NCBI GenBank assembly: GCA_003281795.1
Contig: QCAW01000001.1
Location: forward strand, 15,206-79,205
Direction: 5' to 3'
Length of the DNA: 64,000 nt
DNA from: Pelagibacteraceae bacterium AG-345-F21
GTDB taxonomy: Bacteria; Pseudomonadota; Alphaproteobacteria; Pelagibacterales; Pelagibacteraceae
The notes beneath the pieces are model-generated. The model worked only from the letters and a program-made list of their open reading frames with translations. It was not told the origin of the DNA and ran no database searches. The position numbers and the translations under genes were made by a program. Of this stretch, positions 1 through 10,590 are shown piece by piece (the stretch's first letter is position 1; each line of letters opens with the position of its first letter).

Positions 1-1271
<1,271 letters not shown>

Positions 1272-1272
<1 letters not shown>

Positions 1273-3038
1273 TAGACTAAAATCTTTCCTTCGTCTGAAA
1301 TCTCTTCTTCTTCCTCGGGTCCTAAAATCATTTGGTTATGTGGTTTTCCTGAAGGTATCATGGGAAAACAATTTTCAGATTTATCAACAACACAATCAAA
1401 AATAACGGGTTTATCAACTTCAATCATTTCTTTAATTTTTTTGTCTAATTCATCAGGTGTTTTGGCTCTAATTCCAATACATCCATATGACTCTGCAAGT
1501 TTAACAAAATCTGGTAAGGCTGCTGTATAACTCTCGGAGTAGTTTTTTTCATGAAGAAGTTCCTGCCATTGTCTTACCATGCCCATGTACTCATTATTTA
1601 AAATAAATATTTTTATAGGCAATTTGTATTGAACAGCTGTAGACATTTCTTGCATGGTCATTAAAACTGAAGCCTCTCCTGCAATATCTACAACAAGTTT
1701 GCCAGGATTAGCTATTTGGACTCCAATAGCTGCAGGAAGACCATAACCCATGGTTCCTAATCCTCCAGAAGTCATCCAACGATTAGGTTTATTAAATTTG
1801 TAGTGTTGAGCAGCCCACATTTGATGTTGGCCAACTTCGGTTGTTACAAAAGTATCTTGATCCTTAGTCAGCTCATATAATCTTTGTACGGCATGCTGAG
1901 GTTTAATTATTTTTTCACTATTAATAAAATTAAGAGATTTTTTATCTCTCCATTTGTCTATTTGTTCCCACCATTTTGAGGTTTTTTGCTTATTAGAACT
2001 TAAAAAATTTTTATTTTTTTCTTTAAATCTTAATATTAAATTTTTTAAAAGTTCTGAAACATCGCTTACTATAGCTAGATCTACTTTAATATTTTTTCCA
2101 ATTGAAGAAGGATCTATGTCTACATGAATTTTTTTTGACTTAGGAGAAAATTCATCTACTTTTCCAGTAATTCTATCGTCAAATCTTGCTCCTATATTAA
2201 TCATCAAGTCACAATCGTGCATAGCGTTGTTTGCTTCGTAAGTTCCATGCATTCCTAACATCCCTAAAAATTGTTGGTCGTCTCCAGGGTAAGCTCCCAG
2301 TCCTTGTAATGTGGAGGTAATAGGAAAACCTGTAAGAGCAACAAGTTCTCTTAAATATTTACTAGCATCCGGGCCTGAGTTTATAACTCCACCGCCTGTA
2401 TAAAAAATTGGTTTAGATGATTTTGTTATCAACTCAATAAATTTATCCACCTCTTTATTTGAAATTTTGTGTTTAGCTTTTCCATTAAGTTTTTTCTTTA
2501 AAGAATTTTTTGTAAATTTATATTTTCCTTTTTTAAATTGGATATCTTTAGGTATATCTACAAGCACTGGACCGGGTCTTCCAGTAGTTGCAACTTCGAA
2601 AGCTAAATGTAAGACCCTTGCTAGGTCGTTTACATCTTTAACTAACCAATTGTGTTTAGTACATGGTCTAGTGATTCCAGTTGTATCACATTCTTGAAAA
2701 GCATCTGTTCCTATTAAATGGGTTGGTACTTGACCAGAAATACAAACTAGTGGAACCGAATCCATGTAGGCATCTGTAAGTGCAGTAACTGCATTCGTAG
2801 CACCGGGACCAGATGTTACAAGAAGCACTCCCGGTTTTCCACTTGATCTAGCGTATCCCTCGGCTGCATGACCTGCACCTTGTTCATGCCGCGCCAAAAT
2901 ATGTTTAATTGATTTATGGTTTTTTAATTCATCATATATGGGAAGAACAGCGCCCCCTGGATAACCAAAAATATATTCTACTTTTTGATCCTCCAAAGCT
3001 TTAAAAACTATTTCAGCACCACTAATTAATTTAGGCAT
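1272..3038 (-). CDS. ilvI: Acetolactate synthase large subunit
   Basis: FGYPGGAVLPIY, RHEQGAGHAAEGYAR, TSGGLGTMGYG motifs. Confidence 0.95.
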
Positions 3039-3044
3039 AGATAC

Positions 3045-3072
3045 AATCTAGCCTAGAAATGATTTCCGTCAA
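3045..3072 (-). promoter_or_regulatory. Putative sigma70 promoter of the ilv operon (TTGACG-16-TAGATT), 6 nt upstream of the ATG
   Basis: Minus strand reads TTGACG gaaatcatttctaggc TAGATT gtatct ATG. Confidence 0.55.
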
Positions 3073-3075
3073 GTT

Positions 3076-3996
3076 TTAGCTTACGACTTTTAAAGTTTTT
3101 TTTAAAAGTATAGTAAAATCTTTAGAATAAAGCTTATTCCAGTTCTTCATATGACCTCTAGCCCAAGTTTTTTGTCTTTTTGCGTATTGTCTCGTTTTAA
3201 CATTTATTAGTTCTATACATTGATCAAGGGAAATTAATCCATTTAAATAATTATTAATCTCTTGAACGCCTATTAATTTATTGGCTGAAAGAGATTTATT
3301 AACCCTCAACGAATTGAATTTTTTCACTTCATCTATGCATTTATTATTTTTAAACATTAGTTTAGTTCTTTTTAATATATTTTTTAATATCTCTTCTCTA
3401 GGTGTGTCCAAAAATATTGTTTTAATATCATAATTGATAAATTCAGATTTAGTATTTTTAGACCAATCAAAAAACGATTTTCTTGTTTTCAAAAATACTT
3501 CATAAGCTCTTTGGGATCTTTGAGAGTCTGTCGGTTGAATTCTGTTTTTAACTTTAGGATCTAATAATATAAGCATCTCATAAAATTTTTGTGGGCCCAC
3601 CTTTTCAAATAATTTTCTTGTCTTGTTTCTTATTTTTGTATCTATATTCGGAATTTTGCTTATTCCTTTTGTTATTGTGTTAAAATAAAGACCTGTTCCA
3701 CCAACAATTATGGGAGTTTTATTTTTTTTAAGACACAATTTAATTATTATTTTTACTTTCTTGAGCCATTCTCCAGCTGAAAAATATTTTTTGGCTGATA
3801 TTAAGCCATATAAATGATGTCTTGCTTGTTTAGTTTCGGTTTTGCTGGGTCTTGAAGATAAGATATTAAACTCTTTATACAATTGCATGCTATCAGCATT
3901 AATAATTTCACCATTAATTTTACGAGCCAATATAATTGCTAATTTTGATTTTCCTGAAGCTGTTGGTCCTGCTAAGAGAATTATTTTTTTTGACAA
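3076..3996 (-). CDS. miaA: tRNA dimethylallyltransferase
   Basis: GPTASGKS, INADSMQLY, VGGTGLYF, TRQYAKRQKTW; TTG start. Confidence 0.95.
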   Translation of the reverse strand: MSKKIILLAGPTASGKSKLAIILARKINGEIINADSMQLYKEFNILSSRPSKTETKQARHHLYGLISAKKYFSAGEWLKKVKIIIKLCLKKNKTPIIVGGTGLYFNTITKGISKIPNIDTKIRNKTRKLFEKVGPQKFYEMLILLDPKVKNRIQPTDSQRSQRAYEVFLKTRKSFFDWSKNTKSEFINYDIKTIFLDTPREEILKNILKRTKLMFKNNKCIDEVKKFNSLRVNKSLSANKLIGVQEINNYLNGLISLDQCIELINVKTRQYAKRQKTWARGHMKNWNKLYSKDFTILLKKTLKVVS

Positions 3997-3998
3997 AA

Positions 3999-5399
3999 TT
4001 AATTTATCTTAACACCAAGATATCTTCTCTGATTATTTTTGTTAATTATTGTCAGTAACAAAGTTTTTTCACCTTTCTGAATAATTTTACTAACAATTTC
4101 ATTTATATTTTGAGAATTAACAGGAGTTTTTTGTACTTCGATTATAATATCATTTTCACTTAATAAGTTTATCAAAGGACTATTATTTTTTATACTAACT
4201 ATGACTACTCCTTTAGTGTTCTTTTGTAATTTTCTTGAATTGATATCATCAGAACTAAGATCTCTAATTGTAATTCTTAAACTTTCAATTTCTTTATCTT
4301 TTTTTATTATTTTTGTTTTTTTTTCTTTAAATTCTTCAGAAGACTCTAGTCTTCCTAAAACTAATCTTTTCGTTATTTGTTTTTTATCTCTCCAAATTTT
4401 AAGCTGAACACTTTTTCCGACTTTTGTATTGGCTACAACTTTTGGAAGAGTTCGCATCGTGTCAATTTTTTTTCCATCAAATTCTAAAATTATATCTCCA
4501 GCTTTAATTCCAGCTTTATCTGCTGGGCTCCTTTCGCCAACGCTGGCTACTAGTGCACCTTTAGGGTTTTTTAGTTTTTCAACATCAGCTATCTCTTTCG
4601 TTACTTCTTGAATTCTAACACCCAACCATCCTCTTTTTGTTTCTCCGAATTGAATTAGTTGGTCAATAACGTTTGAGGCAGCGTTAGCTGGTATAGCAAA
4701 ACCGATTCCAATTGAACCTGTTTGACCGGGAGCAATTATTGCGGTGTTGATACCTATAACTTCTCCTTTTAAATTAAATAAAGGACCCCCCGAGTTACCT
4801 TGGTTAATTGAAGCATCGGTTTGAATAAAATCATCATAACGAGTTAAATTTATATCTCTATTTCTTGCTGAAATTATTCCCGCTGTTACTGTGCCTCCTA
4901 AACCAAATGGATTACCAATCGCAACGGCCCAATCCCCAACCCTGGCTTTATCAGAGTCCCCAAATTTTACTGGTTTAAATTTATTATTAGTTTGCACTTT
5001 TAAAACTGCAACATCCATATAAGGATCTGCTCCAACAACTTTAGCTTTATATTCTTTATCACCTACTCTAACTAAAATATCTTCTGCATTTGCAATTACA
5101 TGATTGTTTGTAATTATAATTCCGTTTTCCTTAATGATGAATCCTGATCCTAACGAAGATGCTTTTCTCTCTGTAGGTTTTTGAAAATCCTTAAACATTT
5201 CTCCAAAAGGTGAGCCTGGAGGAAATTGAAAGGGAAACTGATTGGTTGTAGTTTTTACAGTCTGTGTAGTAGAAATATTCACAACTGAAGGCATCAACTG
5301 TTCTGCTAGATCCGCAAAAGACTCAGGTACTGGCTTAGCTGCTGCTGCAGTTAAATTAATTAAAATTAATAAAAAAAATGTTTTTTTAATAAGATTCAT
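3999..5399 (-). CDS. degP: DegP/DegQ (Do-family) periplasmic serine endoprotease
   Basis: Signal peptide, TNNHVI, DASINQGNSGGPL, PDZ domains. Confidence 0.9.
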   Translation of the reverse strand: MNLIKKTFFLLILINLTAAAAKPVPESFADLAEQLMPSVVNISTTQTVKTTTNQFPFQFPPGSPFGEMFKDFQKPTERKASSLGSGFIIKENGIIITNNHVIANAEDILVRVGDKEYKAKVVGADPYMDVAVLKVQTNNKFKPVKFGDSDKARVGDWAVAIGNPFGLGGTVTAGIISARNRDINLTRYDDFIQTDASINQGNSGGPLFNLKGEVIGINTAIIAPGQTGSIGIGFAIPANAASNVIDQLIQFGETKRGWLGVRIQEVTKEIADVEKLKNPKGALVASVGERSPADKAGIKAGDIILEFDGKKIDTMRTLPKVVANTKVGKSVQLKIWRDKKQITKRLVLGRLESSEEFKEKKTKIIKKDKEIESLRITIRDLSSDDINSRKLQKNTKGVVIVSIKNNSPLINLLSENDIIIEVQKTPVNSQNINEIVSKIIQKGEKTLLLTIINKNNQRRYLGVKIN

Positions 5400-5585
5400 T
5401 TAATTTTTTATATACCAAATTATTATAAAACCCGTAATCAAAAAAACTACTCCTAAAGATCTTAATTTTTTTTCTGGCGTATTTTTAATAATTTCAAGCA
5501 TACTTTTGATTCTTGACGGGAAAATGGCAATTAATAAACCTTCTATGAAAAAAATTAATCCTATTGCTATTAAAAACTCGCTCAT
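5400..5585 (-). CDS. DUF2065 (YjeT-like) small membrane protein
   Basis: Two TM helices, AIGLIFFIEGL...LRSLG; usual position after hflC. Confidence 0.8.
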   Translation of the reverse strand: MSEFLIAIGLIFFIEGLLIAIFPSRIKSMLEIIKNTPEKKLRSLGVVFLITGFIIIWYIKN

Positions 5586-5597
5586 GATAGAGCTTGA

Positions 5598-6479
5598 TTA
5601 TCTCTTTTTAATTGCTGGTGTAGCTGATTTACCAAAAAATTTAAAAAACTCGCTATCAGGAGACAAAACTAAAGATGTTTCTCCGCCTATAAGAGCTTTT
5701 TCGTAAGCTTGCATAGCTCGATAAAAACCAAAAAATTGAGGGTCTCTTCCAAATGCGTCAGCAAAAATTTTGTTTCTTAAACCATCACCTTCCCCTTTCA
5801 TAATTTCTGATTTCTTATTAGCTTCTGCCAACAAAACTGTCACATCTTTATCTGCAGTTGATCTTATTTTTTGAGCAATCTCTGCACCTTGAGCTCTAAA
5901 TTCCTTGGCTTCTCTTTCTCTCTCGGTTTGCATTCTTTTATAAATTGCTTCACTGTTAGCGGGTGGCAAGTCTGCTCTTTTAATTCTTACATCAACAATT
6001 TCAATACCGAAATTTTGAGCTTCATTATTTACGTCGTTTTGGATGATTGCCATCTGTTTGGCTCTGTCTGTAGACAATAGAGTAGCCAATTCTTGTTTTC
6101 CTAAGACACCCCTTATCCTTGAATTAATAATAGTAGAAAGTCTTGATCTCGCTACTCTCTCATTCCCAACTGATATATAAAATTTTAAAGGATCAACAAT
6201 TTTAAATCTTGCTATAGCATCTACAATTAGTCTTTTTTGATCAGCGGCAATAACTTCCTCTGGAGCATTGTCCAAATTTAAAATTCTTCTATCTAAATAA
6301 ACAACGTTTTGTATAAATGGTAACTTAAAATTTAGTCCTGCTTTAGTAACAATTTTTTTAGGATCACCAAATTGCAAAACAATTGCTTGGCTAATCTCTT
6401 GAACAATAAACAAAGACTGAAAAATGACTACAATAAAAACTATTATGCCTGGAATTATAATTTTACTCGCTTTCATCAA
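5598..6479 (-). CDS. hflC: FtsH modulator HflC
   Basis: SPFH domain, DVRIKRADLP, RMQTEREREA. Confidence 0.95.
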   Translation of the reverse strand: MMKASKIIIPGIIVFIVVIFQSLFIVQEISQAIVLQFGDPKKIVTKAGLNFKLPFIQNVVYLDRRILNLDNAPEEVIAADQKRLIVDAIARFKIVDPLKFYISVGNERVARSRLSTIINSRIRGVLGKQELATLLSTDRAKQMAIIQNDVNNEAQNFGIEIVDVRIKRADLPPANSEAIYKRMQTEREREAKEFRAQGAEIAQKIRSTADKDVTVLLAEANKKSEIMKGEGDGLRNKIFADAFGRDPQFFGFYRAMQAYEKALIGGETSLVLSPDSEFFKFFGKSATPAIKKR

Positions 6480-7585
6480 TTATTACTCCCTGATTTTTTA
6501 AGTTCTGGTAAAGGCAAGTATGGTACTACTCCAGAACCTGATTCTTTATCGATTATAACTTTATCAATGTCAGCTAAAACTTTTTCCATTGTTTCAAGGT
6601 ACATTCTTTCTTGCGTTACTTGTTTGGCATTTTTATATTCATTATAAATTGCTAAAAATCTACTTGCTTCACCCTCTGCTTTTGCCACAACTTCCTTTTT
6701 GTAAGCCTCTGCTTGCTGTAAAACTTGTTCTGCTTCACCCCGTGCTCTTGGAATAACATCGTTAGCGTAAGCCTCTGCTTCGTTTTTTGATCTTTCTCTA
6801 TCAGCTCTTGCAGCTTGAACATCTCTAAATGCATCAATTACTTGTGCTGGCGGATCTGCTTGTTGTGTTTGAACTTGAGTAATTTGAATTCCAGAATTGT
6901 ATTCATCAAGAATTTGTTGTGTAATTTCTTGAACCTCTACTTCTATATTTGATCTACCTTCGGTTAAAATTGTTTGAATTTCGTTTTTTGCTATTACCTC
7001 TCTCATAGCAGTTTCAGAGGTTGCTTTTACTGTTTCGATAGGGCTTTGTATATTAAACAAAAATTTTCCTGCATCTTTAATTACCCAAAAAACTGAGTAA
7101 TTTATATCTACTATATTCTCATCCCCTGTTAACATTAAACTTTCTTCAGGGACATTTCCTACTCCTGATGATCTTCCAGTATCACTTGCTGGTCTAAATC
7201 CAACATCTACTCTGTTAACTTTTGTAACTTTCGGAGTGAGAACTCGTTCAAAAGGCATTGGGAAATGATAATGTAATCCTGGTTGAGTTGTATTAACAAA
7301 TTTTCCAAATCTTAAAACTACGCCCTGTTCATCTGGTAAAACTCTATAAAGTCCACTTGCAAAGTATAAAGCAATAATAATGAATAAACCTAAAACAATC
7401 GGTTTTGATCCACCTGATTTTCCACCTGAAAATTTATTTATAGTCTTTTGAAAATTTTTAATTATATCATCTATGCTAGGTGGCTCTCTTCTAGAACCAG
7501 ATCCATTACCGTTTGAACTTCCACCTCCAGGCGGAGGGGAGCCCCAGGGTGACTGGTTATTTAAGATTTTGTCTTTAAAACTCAT
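6476..7585 (-). CDS. hflK: FtsH modulator HflK
   Basis: N-terminal PWG/Gly-rich segment, MLTGDENIVD, SPFH domain. Confidence 0.95.
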   Translation of the reverse strand: MSFKDKILNNQSPWGSPPPGGGSSNGNGSGSRREPPSIDDIIKNFQKTINKFSGGKSGGSKPIVLGLFIIIALYFASGLYRVLPDEQGVVLRFGKFVNTTQPGLHYHFPMPFERVLTPKVTKVNRVDVGFRPASDTGRSSGVGNVPEESLMLTGDENIVDINYSVFWVIKDAGKFLFNIQSPIETVKATSETAMREVIAKNEIQTILTEGRSNIEVEVQEITQQILDEYNSGIQITQVQTQQADPPAQVIDAFRDVQAARADRERSKNEAEAYANDVIPRARGEAEQVLQQAEAYKKEVVAKAEGEASRFLAIYNEYKNAKQVTQERMYLETMEKVLADIDKVIIDKESGSGVVPYLPLPELKKSGSNN

Positions 7586-7662
7586 GACACTTTATATAGT
7601 GACTTTTTAATCAAAAACAAGTTAAGTTACAGCGATATTATGACCGATATAGTGATTGAATT

Positions 7663-8457
7663 ATGAGCCAAAAACCCCCTCCTAAGCAATTTGTTAAAAC
7701 TCCAATAAATGGAACTAAATTTACATTATTAGTTTCTAGTGCAAAAGGCGGAGTTGGAAAATCTACGGTTGCAGTTAACCTTGCATTTGCTCTTCAAAAT
7801 TTAGGACTAAAAATTGGAATACTTGATGCAGATGTTTACGGTCCTTCATTACCAAAATTAATTAATTTAAATGAAAAGCCAAAAAGCGAAGATGGTAAAG
7901 CAATGTCACCCTTGGTAAAATATGACGCACAATTTATGTCTATGGGTTTTTTAGTTGATGAACAAACTCCAATGATTTGGAGAGGTCCAATGGTTATTAG
8001 TGCAATTAAAACAATGACGCAAAAAGTTTTGTGGAAAGATAGAGATATAATAATAATCGATATGCCACCAGGAACTGGTGACACACAATTAACTTTTGCT
8101 CAAGAAGTTAAAGTTGATGGAGCAATAATTGTTTCAACCCCTCAAGATTTAGCTTTGCTTGACGTTAAAAGAGGCATTCAAATGTTTGATAAAACTGGTG
8201 TTAAAATTTTAGGATTAATTGATAATATGAGTTATTTTAAAGGTGATGATGGTAAAGAATATAAAATTTTTGGAGAAAGTGGTGTTGAAAAAACTGCTAA
8301 AGAATTTAATAAAGAATTTTTAGGTCATTTACCAATTCATCAGGATTTAAGAAGTTCTGCTGACAGAGGAGATCCTTTAACTCACTCTAATCCTGATCAC
8401 GAAGTCTCTAAATTATTTAAGCAAATAGCTGAAAAAATTAAACAATCTTTTCAGTAA
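7663..8457 (+). CDS. mrp: Mrp/ApbC (NBP35) Fe-S cluster carrier ATPase
   Basis: [28 protein letters not shown]. Confidence 0.92.
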   Translation: MSQKPPPKQFVKTPINGTKFTLLVSSAKGGVGKSTVAVNLAFALQNLGLKIGILDADVYGPSLPKLINLNEKPKSEDGKAMSPLVKYDAQFMSMGFLVDEQTPMIWRGPMVISAIKTMTQKVLWKDRDIIIIDMPPGTGDTQLTFAQEVKVDGAIIVSTPQDLALLDVKRGIQMFDKTGVKILGLIDNMSYFKGDDGKEYKIFGESGVEKTAKEFNKEFLGHLPIHQDLRSSADRGDPLTHSNPDHEVSKLFKQIAEKIKQSFQ

Positions 8458-9385
8458 AATTAAAAGAAGTCATCAATTCATTCCATTCTCTTTTCGAAAG
8501 ACCAGAACTTTGAATGCTAACTTTTTCGCCTCTAACCATTTGTTGAATTACTTTTTTGCCTTTTGCAGAAACGTGCGCTGCACCTACTCTGTAATCTAAA
8601 AATGCAGAATGTGTTATTGGTACCCATTTTTTGACTGTGTCTAACATTGTTTCTGCGTAAACCCTAATTTCATATTGAGCGTGACTATCAGCTCTTAAAA
8701 ATAAAAAATTAAGCAAATTTAACAAATCAGTTTTCCAATACCATTGAGTATATGAATTTAAAGTTAAATTCATTCTGGCAAGTTCTCTAGCGAGACCTGC
8801 TTTTTTATCATCAATAGTTGAACCGTCAAACCTTTCGTTTAACATTTTTTCATAGTTGTCATAAGTTCTCGTGGCATCATCTTTTAAAATTTTTAAAACT
8901 TCATTTGCTTGTTCGCCAGTAATTAAATCTCCTCTTCCTTGTCTATTTGAAGTTGATTGAGCAGATAATTGTTCTTTTGAGGGAATATAAAATTCTTTAT
9001 CTAAAATAGAATATCTTGCTGAATATTCATTTACATTAGCAGTTCTGTGTCTTATCCATTGTCGAGCGATAAAAATTGGAAGTTTAACGTGATATTTTAT
9101 TTCGCACATTTCGAAAGGTGTTGAGTGCCAATGCCTCATTAAGTATTTTATTAAGCCTTCGTCAGTAGAAACTTTTTTTGTTCCTTTTCCATATGATACT
9201 CGAGCAGACTGAACTATAGAAGTATCATCTCCCATATAGTCTACAACTCTTACAAATCCATGATCTAAAACTGGTAGCGCCTCATAAAGAATTTTTTCTA
9301 GCTCAGGAGAAGTCACTCTTTTAGTTTGATTTTTTTGTGATTGTTGGTCAGCTATTTCTTGCTTTTGTTCTAATGTTAGTTTCAT
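8438..9385 (-). CDS. thyX: FAD-dependent thymidylate synthase
   Basis: [27 protein letters not shown] ThyX motif; start moved to ATG at 9385 (MKLTLEQ) because the longer ORF overlaps tmRNA. Confidence 0.95.
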   Translation of the reverse strand: MKLTLEQKQEIADQQSQKNQTKRVTSPELEKILYEALPVLDHGFVRVVDYMGDDTSIVQSARVSYGKGTKKVSTDEGLIKYLMRHWHSTPFEMCEIKYHVKLPIFIARQWIRHRTANVNEYSARYSILDKEFYIPSKEQLSAQSTSNRQGRGDLITGEQANEVLKILKDDATRTYDNYEKMLNERFDGSTIDDKKAGLARELARMNLTLNSYTQWYWKTDLLNLLNFLFLRADSHAQYEIRVYAETMLDTVKKWVPITHSAFLDYRVGAAHVSAKGKKVIQQMVRGEKVSIQSSGLSKREWNELMTSFNFTEKIV

Positions 9386-9433
9386 TTTGAATAAATTTAT
9401 TGAATCTCTCGATAAGAGTTTTATATTAATAGT

Positions 9434-9693
9434 GTTGGTTTTCCAACTATGACGATAAACGAATTTCGTAATAAACATTACGGACGTGGGGGCAGTACCC
9501 ACCACCTCCACCATTTACAACTTACGGGGGTGAATTAGGATCGACGGATGTCTAAAGGCTATTCTTTCGTACGAGATGGTTCCGACGTAACGGGCCAATT
9601 TATAAATGCTAACGAAAGTTACGCACTTGCTGCTTAATTAACTTAGTTAATTAAGTTACGGGGTTTGGGGCACCTGGCAACAGAACGCCCCTT
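9434..9693 (+). ncRNA. ssrA: Permuted two-piece tmRNA (acceptor piece ~9434-9513 ending CCA; coding piece from 9526; tag ANESYALAA at 9608-9637)
   Basis: T-arm GTGGG-GGCAGTA-CCCAC then CACCTCCACCA; after a 12-nt spacer GGGGGTG completes the acceptor stem with G3:U70; ataaat-GCT AAC GAA AGT TAC GCA CTT GCT GCT TAA. Outer ends approximate. Confidence 0.93.
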
Positions 9694-9787
9694 CCAAAGA
9701 CTCAAAACTCCCGTTAAACAATAATTTTTAAAAAAGTGGGCACACTGGTGTCACAGTGAGAAAAGAAATTTTAGTGTGCGGGGGAAT

Positions 9788-10162
9788 TTAATTCATTTTT
9801 TTTCTCTCACAATCCCTATCAATCGTTTGCCAATCACCTTCTTCGAAAGGAATATTCATATCGTTTAAAACTTTTTTAAGCTTCTCCAACCTATCTGCTC
9901 TTCCATCAATACTTTTTAAAAACATACAAAACCATTTATAGGCAGATTTTTTTAAACACTTTTTATCAATATGAATCCAATTTTCAAAGTCCATACAATG
10001 AGGGGTATTATAAGTATATTCATCATAACTTATCTTTTTTCCATCATCACTCAATGAATCTAACCAGCAACAAATTTGATTTTTTCCCTCATCGATAACT
10101 TGATAGACTTTATAATGATCTGAAAGATCATCTGAATTAAAATCTAATTCTAGTTGTTTCAT
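9788..10162 (-). CDS. Hypothetical 124-aa protein (acidic, Cys/Trp-rich, N-terminal QLELDF)
   Basis: Clean ORF with ATG filling the intergenic space; no family recognised. Confidence 0.7.
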   Translation of the reverse strand: MKQLELDFNSDDLSDHYKVYQVIDEGKNQICCWLDSLSDDGKKISYDEYTYNTPHCMDFENWIHIDKKCLKKSAYKWFCMFLKSIDGRADRLEKLKKVLNDMNIPFEEGDWQTIDRDCERKKMN

Positions 10163-10244
10163 TTTCTAGCAGTTGTTGAAGTTTATACGTTAAAGAGCTT
10201 TAACAATTATTAATATAATGATTAAAAATGGCAAAAGTTTGGTG

Positions 10245-10541
10245 TTAAAGATTTAATAACTCTGCTATTGCAGTATAACTTAAATAAAAACAACCACAGC
10301 CAATCAAAAAATAAAAAACCAATGGTAGAGAGCCTTTAAGAGTCTCAAGATTTTTTGCGTTCTTAATCATTTTTTCAATTAAATCGTAGCACAAAAAAAA
10401 ACAACCAAAACCTAATATACTAAATATCAAAAACCCAAAAACTGTAATTGAAGCATCAAAAGAAAGAATTGCTCCAAAAATAGCAAAACCTATGAAAAAT
10501 ATAGCTATAGGTTCACTAATTAACCTTAAAAGTTTTTTCAT
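10245..10541 (-). CDS. Hypothetical 98-aa membrane protein (~3 TM helices)
   Basis: Three hydrophobic stretches; GGGGAA SD-like sequence upstream. Confidence 0.7.
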   Translation of the reverse strand: MKKLLRLISEPIAIFFIGFAIFGAILSFDASITVFGFLIFSILGFGCFFLCYDLIEKMIKNAKNLETLKGSLPLVFYFLIGCGCFYLSYTAIAELLNL

Positions 10542-10590
10542 TATAATAATTCCCCGAAAACTTGATCTTTATTTAAACCCGATTTTTTAC

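Noticed and set aside
9386-9514. 43-aa N-terminal extension of thyX in the ORF track
   Set aside because: It is the antisense of the tmRNA acceptor piece and its promoter; ATG 9385 gives a normal ThyX.
9634-9655. Palindrome CTTAATTAAC-TTA-GTTAATTAAG as an independent element or CtrA site
   Set aside because: Explained as the helix covering the tmRNA tag stop codon.
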